A stretch of 40,285 nt of DNA from Candidatus Micrarchaeia archaeon (GTDB lineage Archaea; Micrarchaeota; Micrarchaeia; Micrarchaeales; CABMGC01). The DNA is taken from positions 4,161 to 44,445 of the forward strand of contig JBMFWW010000004.1 of the NCBI GenBank assembly GCA_049964835.1. The letters run 5' to 3'. Of this stretch, positions 1 to 9,488 are shown one piece after another. A program made the translations under genes and the position numbers. The first letter of the stretch is position 1; every line of letters begins with the position of its first letter. Under the pieces are notes generated by a model, which worked only from the letters and a program-made list of their open reading frames with translations, ran no database searches and had not been told where the DNA came from.

Positions 1-87
1 GCTAATATTACAGAACCCCTTCAATTAGCCGAAATAGAGTTTGAAAAGGGAGTAATACCTATTGTTGTAATAAGAGGAAATGAGTAG
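1..87 (+). CDS. 3' end of an unidentified CDS running off the window edge
   Basis: The open frame from base 1 reads ...IPIVVIRGNE and ends at TAG 85-87. Only 28 residues are visible, so no family is assignable. Confidence 0.3.
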   Translation, partial: ANITEPLQLAEIEFEKGVIPIVVIRGNE

Positions 88-95
88 GTGTTTTT

Positions 96-1535
96 TTGAA
101 TGATAATTACGATATAATTGTTGCAGGAGCAGGCATTGCCGGTTCATTGGCAGCAGCAGCTGCTTCAAGAAAGGGAGCTAAAGTAATAATGCTCGATAGA
201 AATGATGAATCACAAGTAGGAAAAAAGACAAACTGGGGTTGGGTATGTGGTGATGCTGTTGCAAAAAGCCACTTAGATTTCATATCTGACCATATAGATT
301 TGAAGTTTGGAGATCCTGAGCTAGACCTAAAAGTAGACGGAGTATATGCTTTTAGTCCTGATTTAGAACATAAGTTTCTTTTTGATGGTGAAGGGTACAG
401 TTTAGATAGACCAAAGCTTGCAAAAAAACTATACCAATATGCAATTAAACATGGTGCAGAGTATATACCTAAATTCAATGTAGAAGGACCTATAATAGAA
501 GATAACAAAGTAGTAGGCATTTACGGAAGAGATGGGAAAAACGAACAGGTAAAGATTAAAGCAAAGTTAGTAATAGATGCATTAGGAATAGCAAGTATGA
601 TAAGAAGAAAGCTTCCTGTAAACGATTATATCGAAAGAGAGGTAAGCACAGATGATATAGAGTCTACTGGTAGATACATCTTTAATTTTGAAGCTACACA
701 TGAAGATAAGAGATATTATGATCCACACAACGCGCTAATACACTTAAATCAAGTTCTAGCACCTGGTGGTTATGGCTGGGTATTTCCAAAGCGTGGCAAT
801 AGAATGAATATCGGTTTAGGCGTTGAGAAGAAAAGTTTAGAGATAAGAAATAGCAAGTTAAACAAAAAAGACACACTTCATATGTTGATAGATGAGTATG
901 TTAAATGGGTACCATTAATAAAAAGTACATCATTAGATGAAACAGATGCTAATGGTAAAGGATACTGGTCAGTTACAGTAAGAAGGCAGTTTGATAGTCT
1001 TGTATATCCTGGATATATGGGCGCTGGAGACAGCATGGCAATGCCTAATCCCATAAGTGCAGGTGGTATTGGTCCAGCTATGGTTGCGGGAGTTCTTGCA
1101 GGAGAGGTTGCCGGAGAAGCAGTAGCAAAAAAAGACACATCACTTGAATCTATTTGGGAGTATAATATTAGGTATAATAAAGATTACGGAAACAAAACTG
1201 CAGGACTAGAAGTATTTAGAGTATACTTACAATCAATGAACAATGACCTTATAAATTACGGTATGGCTCACTTCCTTACAGAAGAAGAAGCTGTTGAAAT
1301 AAGCTACGGTAGAATACCTAAATTAACTCTCAAAAGCACATTCAACAAGATACTTAGTGGTATAAGTAATATAAATGCATTTAGAAATTTGCTCTTTGTT
1401 GTAGATAAAATGAAAACACTCAATGAGATTTATCAACAGTATCCTAACTCTCCGAAGGAATTTGGAGCATGGAAAGCAAAGGTTACAGCTGAGATGTCAG
1501 GTGTAAAAGAGAAGTTTAAACCTAATCCAGTTTAA
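96..1535 (+). CDS. Geranylgeranyl reductase family flavoprotein (digeranylgeranylglycerophospholipid reductase-like)
   Basis: N-terminal FAD Rossmann motif DIIVAGAGIAGSLAAAAA. Later GDSMAMPNPISAGGIGPAM matches the GD..G..nP..G.GI motif of the family. The TTG start at 96 is preceded by the SD-like TAGGTG. Confidence 0.85.
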   Translation: MNDNYDIIVAGAGIAGSLAAAAASRKGAKVIMLDRNDESQVGKKTNWGWVCGDAVAKSHLDFISDHIDLKFGDPELDLKVDGVYAFSPDLEHKFLFDGEGYSLDRPKLAKKLYQYAIKHGAEYIPKFNVEGPIIEDNKVVGIYGRDGKNEQVKIKAKLVIDALGIASMIRRKLPVNDYIEREVSTDDIESTGRYIFNFEATHEDKRYYDPHNALIHLNQVLAPGGYGWVFPKRGNRMNIGLGVEKKSLEIRNSKLNKKDTLHMLIDEYVKWVPLIKSTSLDETDANGKGYWSVTVRRQFDSLVYPGYMGAGDSMAMPNPISAGGIGPAMVAGVLAGEVAGEAVAKKDTSLESIWEYNIRYNKDYGNKTAGLEVFRVYLQSMNNDLINYGMAHFLTEEEAVEISYGRIPKLTLKSTFNKILSGISNINAFRNLLFVVDKMKTLNEIYQQYPNSPKEFGAWKAKVTAEMSGVKEKFKPNPV

Positions 1536-2248
1536 TAATTGTTTTTTGTTTTTAATATCTTTTCATTAAGATAAAAGTACTGTGCTTTTTTAATGGAAAA
1601 GATATCTTTTCTTAGCATTGGCAAGAATGTAGCTACCTTATTTATGTTTAAACCTGTCAATAATTCATTAAATTGCGGTACAATTATAAGTTTACATTTT
1701 TTATTAACAGGTTTATACAATTCTAAAGCTCCCTTTCCTAATGGAGCAGTTATCCAAATTCTTTTACCGTTGTCATCTACCGCATGCGCATGCGCTGAAA
1801 TTATATATTTTTTAAGTATTGCTTTATTGGATGGTAGACCATTTCCATGCAGAAAGGCATAATCTTTAATAAGAATTTCATTCTTTATCTTTGCTTTTAT
1901 GCCCATCATATCAATTATTTCTTCAATATGTCCATCATGATTTCCCTTTGTTATATATATTTTAATTTTGTTTTTTATAACTTCAAAAAACTCCTTCAAT
2001 AATAGATACTCCTTTTTTTCAGGGTACATAATACTTTCTTTTATGTCACCTAAGAGGACTAGCTTTTCTGCTTTTTTTTCATTAATTTCTTTCTCTAAAA
2101 TTTGTGACATTCTTTTTGTAGCGTTTAAAAATACAACTCCTCTATTTTTAAAAAGATCTTCTTTGCCTATATGTAAATCGCCTATTACAAGGCAGGATAT
2201 ATCTTTAATATAAAGTATCGGATATTCTTTTACAAACTCAACATTCAT
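1532..2248 (-). CDS. Calcineurin-like metallophosphoesterase (ICC-type)
   Basis: Ordered motifs GDLHIG, LLGDIKE, KGNHDGH, FLHGNG and SAHAHA fit the D-x-H / GD / GNHD / H signature. I moved the start to ATG 2248 (MNVEFVKEYP...). The track's longer N-terminus overlaps the divergent gene starting at 2294. Confidence 0.8.
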   Translation of the reverse strand: MNVEFVKEYPILYIKDISCLVIGDLHIGKEDLFKNRGVVFLNATKRMSQILEKEINEKKAEKLVLLGDIKESIMYPEKKEYLLLKEFFEVIKNKIKIYITKGNHDGHIEEIIDMMGIKAKIKNEILIKDYAFLHGNGLPSNKAILKKYIISAHAHAVDDNGKRIWITAPLGKGALELYKPVNKKCKLIIVPQFNELLTGLNINKVATFLPMLRKDIFSIKKAQYFYLNEKILKTKNNY

Positions 2249-2293
2249 ATGTATATAAAGGTTCATAGTTATTAAATAATTATAGGGAGCATA

Positions 2294-3367
2294 ATGGCAA
2301 ATGGTTTTAAGATAGGAAAAATATTTGGTATTGATATAAGTATTCATTGGACTCTGTCACTTCTTCTTTTCTTATCACTTATACTCTTGCTATATGGTGA
2401 GTATTTATTATTTCTAGTAATTATCCTTTTATTTACATGTGTATTTTTGCACGAAGTTGCGCATTCATTTACTGCTCTGAGAAATAATGTTCATGTGAGT
2501 GAAATTGTATTAAATATTATAGGTGGAGCATCGATAATAGATAATACAAAGATAAATCCCAATACTGAGTTGAGAATAGCAATAGTTGGCCCTATAGCAA
2601 GTATATTTATAGGATTGATTTTCGGTGTACTTTCAGTTCTTTATACCGCTGGCGGTGTACCTTCTTATCTATTAAACATAATGTTTGAAATAAATATACT
2701 TTTAGGTGTTTTTAATTTGTTGCCAACATTTCCAATGGATGGAGGAAGGGCATTGAAAAGTTTTTTGCAGAAAAGAAGATCAGAATTCAACGCAACAATG
2801 CTTACTGCAAAGATAAGTTCTGTTGTAATAGGACTATTCTTAATAGGGTCATTTGCTTACACGTTATATATTAACGGTTCGATAATCTATAAAGAATTTG
2901 AATTTTTTATACTTCTATTTATAGCGGTTTTCCTTTATAGTGGATCTGAAACAGAAAAAGAATATGCAATAATAAAGTATGAATGTAAAAATTTATTTGC
3001 TTCTGATATAATGGGCAATGACTTTTCAATAATTCCAAGCACTCTTTCACCCATATCTATCTATAAATTAGCATTAAAAAAGAGGCAGGACATACTTATA
3101 TTTAAAGATTCAAAAGGATATAGATACATAAATTCATTTAAAGCAAAAAATTATCTAGCAACTAAAATACAGGATATATCTTCACCCGCAGCCTCTGTTA
3201 ATGGAAATGATAAAGTAATAGATATACTGACAAAGCTTCAGACATCCGGAATAGATTTAGCAGTTGTAATTAAAAATAAAAAGGTTAGTGGTGTAATAAC
3301 AGTTCAAAGGATTCAGAACTTTATTTATTTGCATATACTTGCCAAAAAATCAAAGAAAAGAATTTAA
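2294..3367 (+). CDS. Site-2 protease family (M50) membrane metalloprotease with C-terminal CBS pair
   Basis: HExxH in a TM helix (FLHEVAHSF), second metal-ligand motif NLLPTFPMDGGR, multiple TM segments. The C-terminal ~130 aa has CBS-like repeats (IMGNDFSIIP..., ...VSGVITVQRI). Confidence 0.85.
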   Translation: MANGFKIGKIFGIDISIHWTLSLLLFLSLILLLYGEYLLFLVIILLFTCVFLHEVAHSFTALRNNVHVSEIVLNIIGGASIIDNTKINPNTELRIAIVGPIASIFIGLIFGVLSVLYTAGGVPSYLLNIMFEINILLGVFNLLPTFPMDGGRALKSFLQKRRSEFNATMLTAKISSVVIGLFLIGSFAYTLYINGSIIYKEFEFFILLFIAVFLYSGSETEKEYAIIKYECKNLFASDIMGNDFSIIPSTLSPISIYKLALKKRQDILIFKDSKGYRYINSFKAKNYLATKIQDISSPAASVNGNDKVIDILTKLQTSGIDLAVVIKNKKVSGVITVQRIQNFIYLHILAKKSKKRI

Positions 3368-3408
3368 TAATTGTAGTATAATGTATAATTTGACCAGAAG
3401 TTGTATTG

Positions 3409-6400
3409 ATGTTATATCTAGATTCATTAGTAATTGATAAATTTAAGTCTTTTAACCACTCTGAACTTAAGTTTAATGGGGGTTTTAACTGCGTAGTTGG
3501 GCCAAACGGTAGCGGAAAAAGCACAATTTGTGATGCATTACTATTTGGTCTAGGGGAAAGTGCTGCAAGGAGATTGAGAGTAGATAGATATGATCAGCTT
3601 ATTCGCGGAATAACTGAAAACGAGAAAAAGCTAAAGCTTGCCCATGTAACCTTAAATTTCAAGGGGGACGAGAATCTTACAATTTCACGTTTTATAAGAA
3701 GTGATGGAAAGACAACATATAAATTAAATGGAAAGCATATGAAAAAGCACGAAATTCTTTCTGTATTAATGAAACATGGTATAAAAGCTGATGAAACTAA
3801 TACCATATCACAAGGTGAGATAACCACCTTAGGAAATATGAAGCCTACAGAACTTAGAGAGTTGATTGATTTAGCTTCAGGAGTAAAGGAGTTTGAAAGC
3901 AAAAAGAATGAAGCAATAAAGGAACTTGAAAAAGTAGATCAAAAAATAAGCGAATCTAATGTTGTATTGCATACACAGAAAGGTTTTGTAGATGAGTTGA
4001 AAGCAGATAAGGAGCTCGCTGAAAAGTATCTAGAGATAACTTCTAGATTGAAGGTATTAAATTATAGTATGCTATTAATAAAAAAAGAAAATGCTGAAAA
4101 GTATCTTAATGAGTTTTCTAGTACAATAAAAGCACTTGATGTTAAATATGTTACAATAAGCAAAAAGCTAGATGATTTAAACGCTTTAATAGATTCATCA
4201 ACAAAACAAAGGCAAGAACTTACAAGGCAGCTAAGTCAAAGCAATATAGAGATGGGCTCGATAAACTCAAAGCTAGAAGCAACAAATATTCAAATTGTTA
4301 AGCTTGAATCTGAAATAGAGGCGTCAAACAACGCAATAAAAGAATTAGAGCTCAATATAAAATCATTAACTGAAGAGAAAGCTTCATGCAACTTTACCAT
4401 AGAATCAAACAACTCCTCAATAGCAGCTATTGTTAAAAAACTTCAGCCGATGGAAGAAAGGCTTTCAAAAATAAAATTAAAACCTGAAGAGTTGAAATCT
4501 AACCCTAAAATAACTGAAAACCTTCAGCAGAAAAATTTAGAACTAGAAAAAAGACTTGAAGAACTAAGCAACGAAATAAACTTATTAAATAATCAAATAT
4601 CTTCAGATAAAGCAACTCTTGAGTCTAAAAAAGCAGAAAGTATTTCCTATACTCAAACCTATAATTTAAAGAAAAAAGAACTTGCAGAACTTGAATCTAA
4701 ATTAAAGAACATATCTAATAATCTTTCAAATAGTTTGGCCAATACAAAAAAATTGGAGCAGGAACTTTCAAAACTAGAGCAAGAATCATATGCATTGGAT
4801 GAAAAGTTAATAAATCTTAGAGAGCAAAGAGCATCAATTAGGCAAAGGAGTTCATCAAATTACGATCAAATAAAAAATAACTTTTCAAACTCAAAAAGTT
4901 TCTTTGGAAGAGTATCTGATCTATTCAATTATGATTTAAAATATATAAATGCTATAGAGTCTACTGCAGGCTCTAGAATGGATTATATAATTGTAGAAGA
5001 TATTGAAACTGCAAATAATATAATAAAATACATGCGTTCAAACTCACTCGGAAGAGCATCATTTATACCACTTAACGAAATAAGAGTAAATGAGTCTAAT
5101 GACAAAGAAAAGGGAATGACTCCCTTAATGAGTTTAATTACATTTGATAAAAAATTCTTAAAGGCAATGACGTATATTTTTGGAAATACATATTTAATAG
5201 AAAGTATAGAAGACTCAAAAAAATTCGGAGTTGGTAAAAGAAGATACGTAACAATAGACGGAGACATAGTGGAGCAATCCGGAGTTGTTTCAGGCGGCTC
5301 AAGCGGAAAAAAGATATCAATATCATCAATAGAGAATCAGATAAAATCATTTAATGATAAGAAGCAGGAGTTTAAAAATAAAATTGATGATATATCCATA
5401 GCGCTTAAAAACTCAAGAAAATCTGAGGCATTTGCAGAGATGGAAGCAAAATCATTAAAATCTTCTGTAGAAAATATAAAAACAGAAATTGAAAAGCAAT
5501 TAGAACTCATAAACGGTATTCAGTCTGAAGTATCAAGTATAGAAAAGAATCTTTCTTTAAATAATTTAAGATGTTCAAAGCTTTTAAAAGACAAAGAGTC
5601 TATTTTTCAAGAATTTAATGAAAATAAAGAAAGATTAAATATTGCTTTCAATGAAGCTATGGAAATATCAAAAAGAATTGCTGAAAGTGGCCTAAACGAT
5701 GAAGAGATAGCTAAAATTGAGGCATTAAGAAAAGAGTCGGAAAAATTAAAGATGGATATGGTATCACTTCAAAAAGAGAATGAACTTGTTAAGAAGAGAA
5801 TAACTACAATAGACAAAGAGATAGCTACAAAATCAAAATCAATAGATACACTGATGCAAAATATAGATACATCTAAAAACAAAAAAGAAAAGCAAATATC
5901 TGAAAGAAAAGATATTGAAAAGAAGATATCTTCAGGTAGCGATGAAAGTAAAAAGATATACTCCATGCTTAATCAATTAGATGAAAAAATATCTAAATAT
6001 AGTAATGAGAAAGGCCATATCTCTGCAGAAAAGTCTTCTATAGAAAGGCAGTTGTCAGAATCAAAAATAAAGAGATCGCAGTATGAAACTAGCTTTGCAG
6101 ACATCTCGGCAGAATTATCAAGTTATAAAGAAGAAATAACACCAATAACTGGAAATATACCTGACATGGAAAAGGAATCTATTGTTTTATCCTCAAAAAT
6201 AAAAGATATGGGAAATGTGAACCTAAGAGCACCTGAAATGTATGCTGAAAGGGCAAAAGACTTAGAAAATGCTGCAGAGAAGCTTGAAACATTAAAAACA
6301 GAAAGGCAAGCGGTAATGAGAATGATAGAAGAAATAGATTCTAAAAAACTGCAAACTTTTATGGGTACACTAAATGATGTACTATTGAACTTCAATAAGT

Positions 6401-6816
6401 TGTGCAGTTATGAGTTTAAAGATAAACCGGAGATAACACTTTCAAATCCAAGCGATCCGTTTAAAGGAGGTTTGGTTATAACAGTTACTGAAAATAAAAT
6501 TAAAAAAATTCTTACATCGATGTCGGGAGGAGAAAAATCATTCATATTATTAATATTAATTATTGCAATTCATATGTGCAAGCCTTCTTCATTATATATA
6601 TTTGATGAAGTAGATGCTTCTCTTGACAAAGAAAATTCCAAAAAATTATCTCATTTAATAAAACAGATGAGCTCAAACGCTCAGTTTATAGTAGTAAGCC
6701 ACAATGATTCTCTAGTTTCAAGTGCGGATGTTGCAATTGGAGTTGCAAAATCAAATAATGAATCAAAGGCAGTAGGTCTTGAAATAAATAAGATACTTAA
6801 TAAAATACAACAGTGA
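3409..6816 (+). CDS. smc: SMC chromosome segregation ATPase
   Basis: Walker A GPNGSGKSTICDA, long K/E/L-rich coiled coils, central hinge (GRVSDLFNYD...IIVEDIETANNII...GRASFIPLN), signature MSGGEKS and Walker B LYIFDEVDASLD. ATG 3409 gives MLYLDSLVIDKFKSF. Confidence 0.93.
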   Translation: MLYLDSLVIDKFKSFNHSELKFNGGFNCVVGPNGSGKSTICDALLFGLGESAARRLRVDRYDQLIRGITENEKKLKLAHVTLNFKGDENLTISRFIRSDGKTTYKLNGKHMKKHEILSVLMKHGIKADETNTISQGEITTLGNMKPTELRELIDLASGVKEFESKKNEAIKELEKVDQKISESNVVLHTQKGFVDELKADKELAEKYLEITSRLKVLNYSMLLIKKENAEKYLNEFSSTIKALDVKYVTISKKLDDLNALIDSSTKQRQELTRQLSQSNIEMGSINSKLEATNIQIVKLESEIEASNNAIKELELNIKSLTEEKASCNFTIESNNSSIAAIVKKLQPMEERLSKIKLKPEELKSNPKITENLQQKNLELEKRLEELSNEINLLNNQISSDKATLESKKAESISYTQTYNLKKKELAELESKLKNISNNLSNSLANTKKLEQELSKLEQESYALDEKLINLREQRASIRQRSSSNYDQIKNNFSNSKSFFGRVSDLFNYDLKYINAIESTAGSRMDYIIVEDIETANNIIKYMRSNSLGRASFIPLNEIRVNESNDKEKGMTPLMSLITFDKKFLKAMTYIFGNTYLIESIEDSKKFGVGKRRYVTIDGDIVEQSGVVSGGSSGKKISISSIENQIKSFNDKKQEFKNKIDDISIALKNSRKSEAFAEMEAKSLKSSVENIKTEIEKQLELINGIQSEVSSIEKNLSLNNLRCSKLLKDKESIFQEFNENKERLNIAFNEAMEISKRIAESGLNDEEIAKIEALRKESEKLKMDMVSLQKENELVKKRITTIDKEIATKSKSIDTLMQNIDTSKNKKEKQISERKDIEKKISSGSDESKKIYSMLNQLDEKISKYSNEKGHISAEKSSIERQLSESKIKRSQYETSFADISAELSSYKEEITPITGNIPDMEKESIVLSSKIKDMGNVNLRAPEMYAERAKDLENAAEKLETLKTERQAVMRMIEEIDSKKLQTFMGTLNDVLLNFNKLCSYEFKDKPEITLSNPSDPFKGGLVITVTENKIKKILTSMSGGEKSFILLILIIAIHMCKPSSLYIFDEVDASLDKENSKKLSHLIKQMSSNAQFIVVSHNDSLVSSADVAIGVAKSNNESKAVGLEINKILNKIQQ

Positions 6817-7874
6817 GATATTTGAAAAATGTAAAAAAAGATAATTTAAACAAGAAAATAGAGCAAAACAAGAAAACAAATAATAATATTATAAATTTGA
6901 CATATGTGTTGATAATAATCTTTATGGTCGCTTACATAGCAACTCAAAGCATTATTTTTGGTTTTTTATCTTTTGCACTAATAATAGCTACACTTTTTCT
7001 TGAATTCAAATCAAGTGTTACAGAGGAAGGCACAAAAAAGACAATTATTGATATAGGTATAGTTTTAGTTGTAGTTATAATATTATTCTGGGTAATACCA
7101 ACAATAGTTCTTCAATCATCCTCACCTATTAATGTTGTAGCTAGCTGTAGTATGTTGCCGAGTATACAAAGAGGAGATTTAGTTTTAGTCCATGGGATTT
7201 CAAATATGAGTTCATTTCTAAGTGAAAACAAAATACCAGTTATAAAAATATCTCAAAATGAATTATTAACATTATTCGGTAATATCACACAACAATTCAT
7301 ATACCCATTTCCATATATAAAAGGAAATCCTTCAGAAGTACTATTAAAGGGCTATTATACAAACGCATCTAAATATCAAATTGGTTTATACAATGTTGAA
7401 TGTATAGACGGATATTTATCAAAAGGTCTATCTAAAGATCTTTCACAGTGTTTAGCCAATACATATGAAAAAGGCAGTATAATCCAGTATAACTACTCTA
7501 TTGCAAACCTCTCTTATCAAAATACAATATTCAAAGAGCCGTACATATCAAGTATAAAAATCAATAATACTGTTGTTTACGAAAATTATAGCAATCCTGT
7601 TATTGTTTATAAAACAATTCCTGGAGACAGTTTCACAGATTCACAAATAGTTCATAGAGTATTTGCCGCTCTTCAAGTAAATAATACTTATTATATATTA
7701 ACAAAAGGAGATAATAACCAAATCTTAGATATTGAGGATATGAACTATCCTCCAAATCAAACTCAAATTATTGGTTACGTTGCACTGACAATTCCATTTT
7801 TGGGCTATCCCTCACTAATAATAAAAGGTCAATTTGGTTCTGTTCCAGGATGCAATGAAACGATATTAAGATAA
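6813..7874 (+). CDS. Sec11/archaeal-type signal peptidase I (S26B) carrying a large insertion
   Basis: N-terminal TM segments, catalytic Ser box SCSMLPSIQRGDLVLV, His box QIVHRV and LTKGDNN box. About 145 aa separate the GDLVLV and HRV boxes. The GTG start overlaps the smc stop (GTGA). Confidence 0.75.
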   Translation: MRYLKNVKKDNLNKKIEQNKKTNNNIINLTYVLIIIFMVAYIATQSIIFGFLSFALIIATLFLEFKSSVTEEGTKKTIIDIGIVLVVVIILFWVIPTIVLQSSSPINVVASCSMLPSIQRGDLVLVHGISNMSSFLSENKIPVIKISQNELLTLFGNITQQFIYPFPYIKGNPSEVLLKGYYTNASKYQIGLYNVECIDGYLSKGLSKDLSQCLANTYEKGSIIQYNYSIANLSYQNTIFKEPYISSIKINNTVVYENYSNPVIVYKTIPGDSFTDSQIVHRVFAALQVNNTYYILTKGDNNQILDIEDMNYPPNQTQIIGYVALTIPFLGYPSLIIKGQFGSVPGCNETILR

Positions 7875-7944
7875 AGTATAACTTATATCAAAACTATATC
7901 GAACTTTATGCTAAAAATTTATTGAATTCCGATTAAAAATAGGC

Positions 7945-8694
7945 TTAATCAGGAAGCTCTTCTTTATGTTTTTCATAAAATAGTTTTTTATAAGAATCTA
8001 TAGTTCCTATATCCATCCAAATTCCTTTTGCAATAACTCCATACACATCGGTATTTTTAACAAGCCATTGTGCAAAGTATCCTGGAGAGTCAGGATTATT
8101 CCCATCCTTTATGTACTCTTTTATTTTATTTAGATTATCTACATTGAAGAAGTATATTCCTGTGCTTATAAATGTTCCTTTAGGATCACTTGGTTTTTCA
8201 CAAAATTCAACAACTTTATCTCCATCTAACTCCACAACGCCGAATCTTTTTGCATCATCCAATGATTTTACATCATAAATACAAAGAACCGGACCGTTTT
8301 TATTGTAGAACTTATCCTGTAATTCTTTTAAACTAAACTCATAATAGTTGTCTCCCGCGATTATTAAAAGATCATCATTTAATTTTGCATTTTCGATAGT
8401 ATGCAATATACTTCTTATTGCACCTAACTTAACATTATTATGTAGTGCAGGTTCTACTACAAGTTCAATTTTTCTTTTACCTAAAAGATTTTTATTATTT
8501 AACCAGTATTCAAATTGATCTGCAAATTTTTTGTTTGTTGATATAACTATGCGGTTTATATTTAATCTTTCAATATCTTCTATAATATAATCAAGAAGTG
8601 GTTTTCCTCCTATGGGAAGTAGATGTTTAGGTGTAAATTGGGTTATAGGCTCCAATCTTGTAGCAAACCCTCCACATAATATTAGTGCATCCAT
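7945..8694 (-). CDS. Sugar-1-phosphate nucleotidyltransferase (NDP-sugar pyrophosphorylase)
   Basis: N-terminal MDALILCGGFATRLEPIT matches the G-G-x-G-T-R-L signature. LLIIAGDN and the later EKP motif fit the family. Start taken at ATG 8694 rather than TTG 8706. Confidence 0.8.
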   Translation of the reverse strand: MDALILCGGFATRLEPITQFTPKHLLPIGGKPLLDYIIEDIERLNINRIVISTNKKFADQFEYWLNNKNLLGKRKIELVVEPALHNNVKLGAIRSILHTIENAKLNDDLLIIAGDNYYEFSLKELQDKFYNKNGPVLCIYDVKSLDDAKRFGVVELDGDKVVEFCEKPSDPKGTFISTGIYFFNVDNLNKIKEYIKDGNNPDSPGYFAQWLVKNTDVYGVIAKGIWMDIGTIDSYKKLFYEKHKEELPD

Positions 8695-8842
8695 TATTAA
8701 GACCAATAATTATACTTTGTTATCTATATTCATATATAAATGTTGCTATTTGTTTTTCGTAACAATTTATGTAGTACCTATGTTTATATTACTTACAAAA
8801 ACTTATTTATTAATATATTGGTAAAATATGTTTGGTGTAAGT

Positions 8843-9313
8843 ATGATAACATTAGGAAACAAGATACCAGAGATAACATTGGTTGATACCGATCTTAATA
8901 GAATTAGTCTAAAAAATGAAGTAAAAGGCCCTACATTATTAGCTTTCTTTCCGGGCGCATTTACCGGAGTTTGTACAAAGGAACTATGCACATTTAGGGA
9001 TAACATCTCAAAGTTTAATTCAATAAATGCAAAGGTTATAAGTATAAGCGTAGACGGACCATTTTCAAATAAGGCATTTAAAGAAAAGAATAACCTTACC
9101 TTTCAGGTTCTAAGCGATTATAATAGAGAAGCTGTAAGATTATTTGGTGTAGAACTTAATAATTTTGCAGGTCTTAACGGATACACAGCAGCAAAGCGTT
9201 CTGTATTCTTAATAAATAAAGACGGAGTTGTAAGTTATGCGTGGATATCTGATGATCCTACAGTAGAACCAGATTACAATGTTATAATGTCTGAAATTCA
9301 AAAGTTAAAGTAA
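8843..9313 (+). CDS. Peroxiredoxin (AhpC/TSA, Bcp/PrxQ-like)
   Basis: FFPGAFTGVCTKELC contains the peroxidatic Cys in the P-x-x-x-T-x-x-C context. Size is about 155 aa. ATG 8843 is preceded by a GGTG SD-like motif; the alternative ATG is at 8828. Confidence 0.85.
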   Translation: MITLGNKIPEITLVDTDLNRISLKNEVKGPTLLAFFPGAFTGVCTKELCTFRDNISKFNSINAKVISISVDGPFSNKAFKEKNNLTFQVLSDYNREAVRLFGVELNNFAGLNGYTAAKRSVFLINKDGVVSYAWISDDPTVEPDYNVIMSEIQKLK

Positions 9314-9353
9314 TGTATTATTTAAGCATTTATTAGTTAATTTATTCAGAATG

Positions 9354-9439
9354 TGCAGGGGGTGAGATTTGAACTCACGGATCCACAAAGGAAACAGGCC
9401 CTGAACCTGTCGCATTTGACCAAGCTCTGCAACCCCTGC
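9354..9439 (-). tRNA. tRNA-Leu (anticodon CAG), class II with long variable arm
   Basis: The reverse complement folds by hand. Acceptor GCAGGGG/CCCCTGC, 3-bp D stem GCA/TGC, anticodon stem ACAGG/CCTGT with loop TTCAGGG (U33, CAG, G37). Variable arm has a TCC/GGA stem. T arm is GTGAG-TTCAAAT-CTCAC. Discriminator is A, no CCA is encoded and no intron is present. Confidence 0.85.
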
Positions 9440-9488
9440 TTTAATCTGTGTTTATATACTTTTTATACTTTAAATATATAATGGTTTT

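Noticed and set aside
2249-2347. The track's 33-codon N-terminal extension of the metallophosphoesterase.
   Set aside because: The extension overlaps the start of the divergent M50 protease gene at 2294 and is Tyr/Asn/Ile-rich. The family's first motif (GDLHIG) lies at the normal distance from the internal ATG at 2248.
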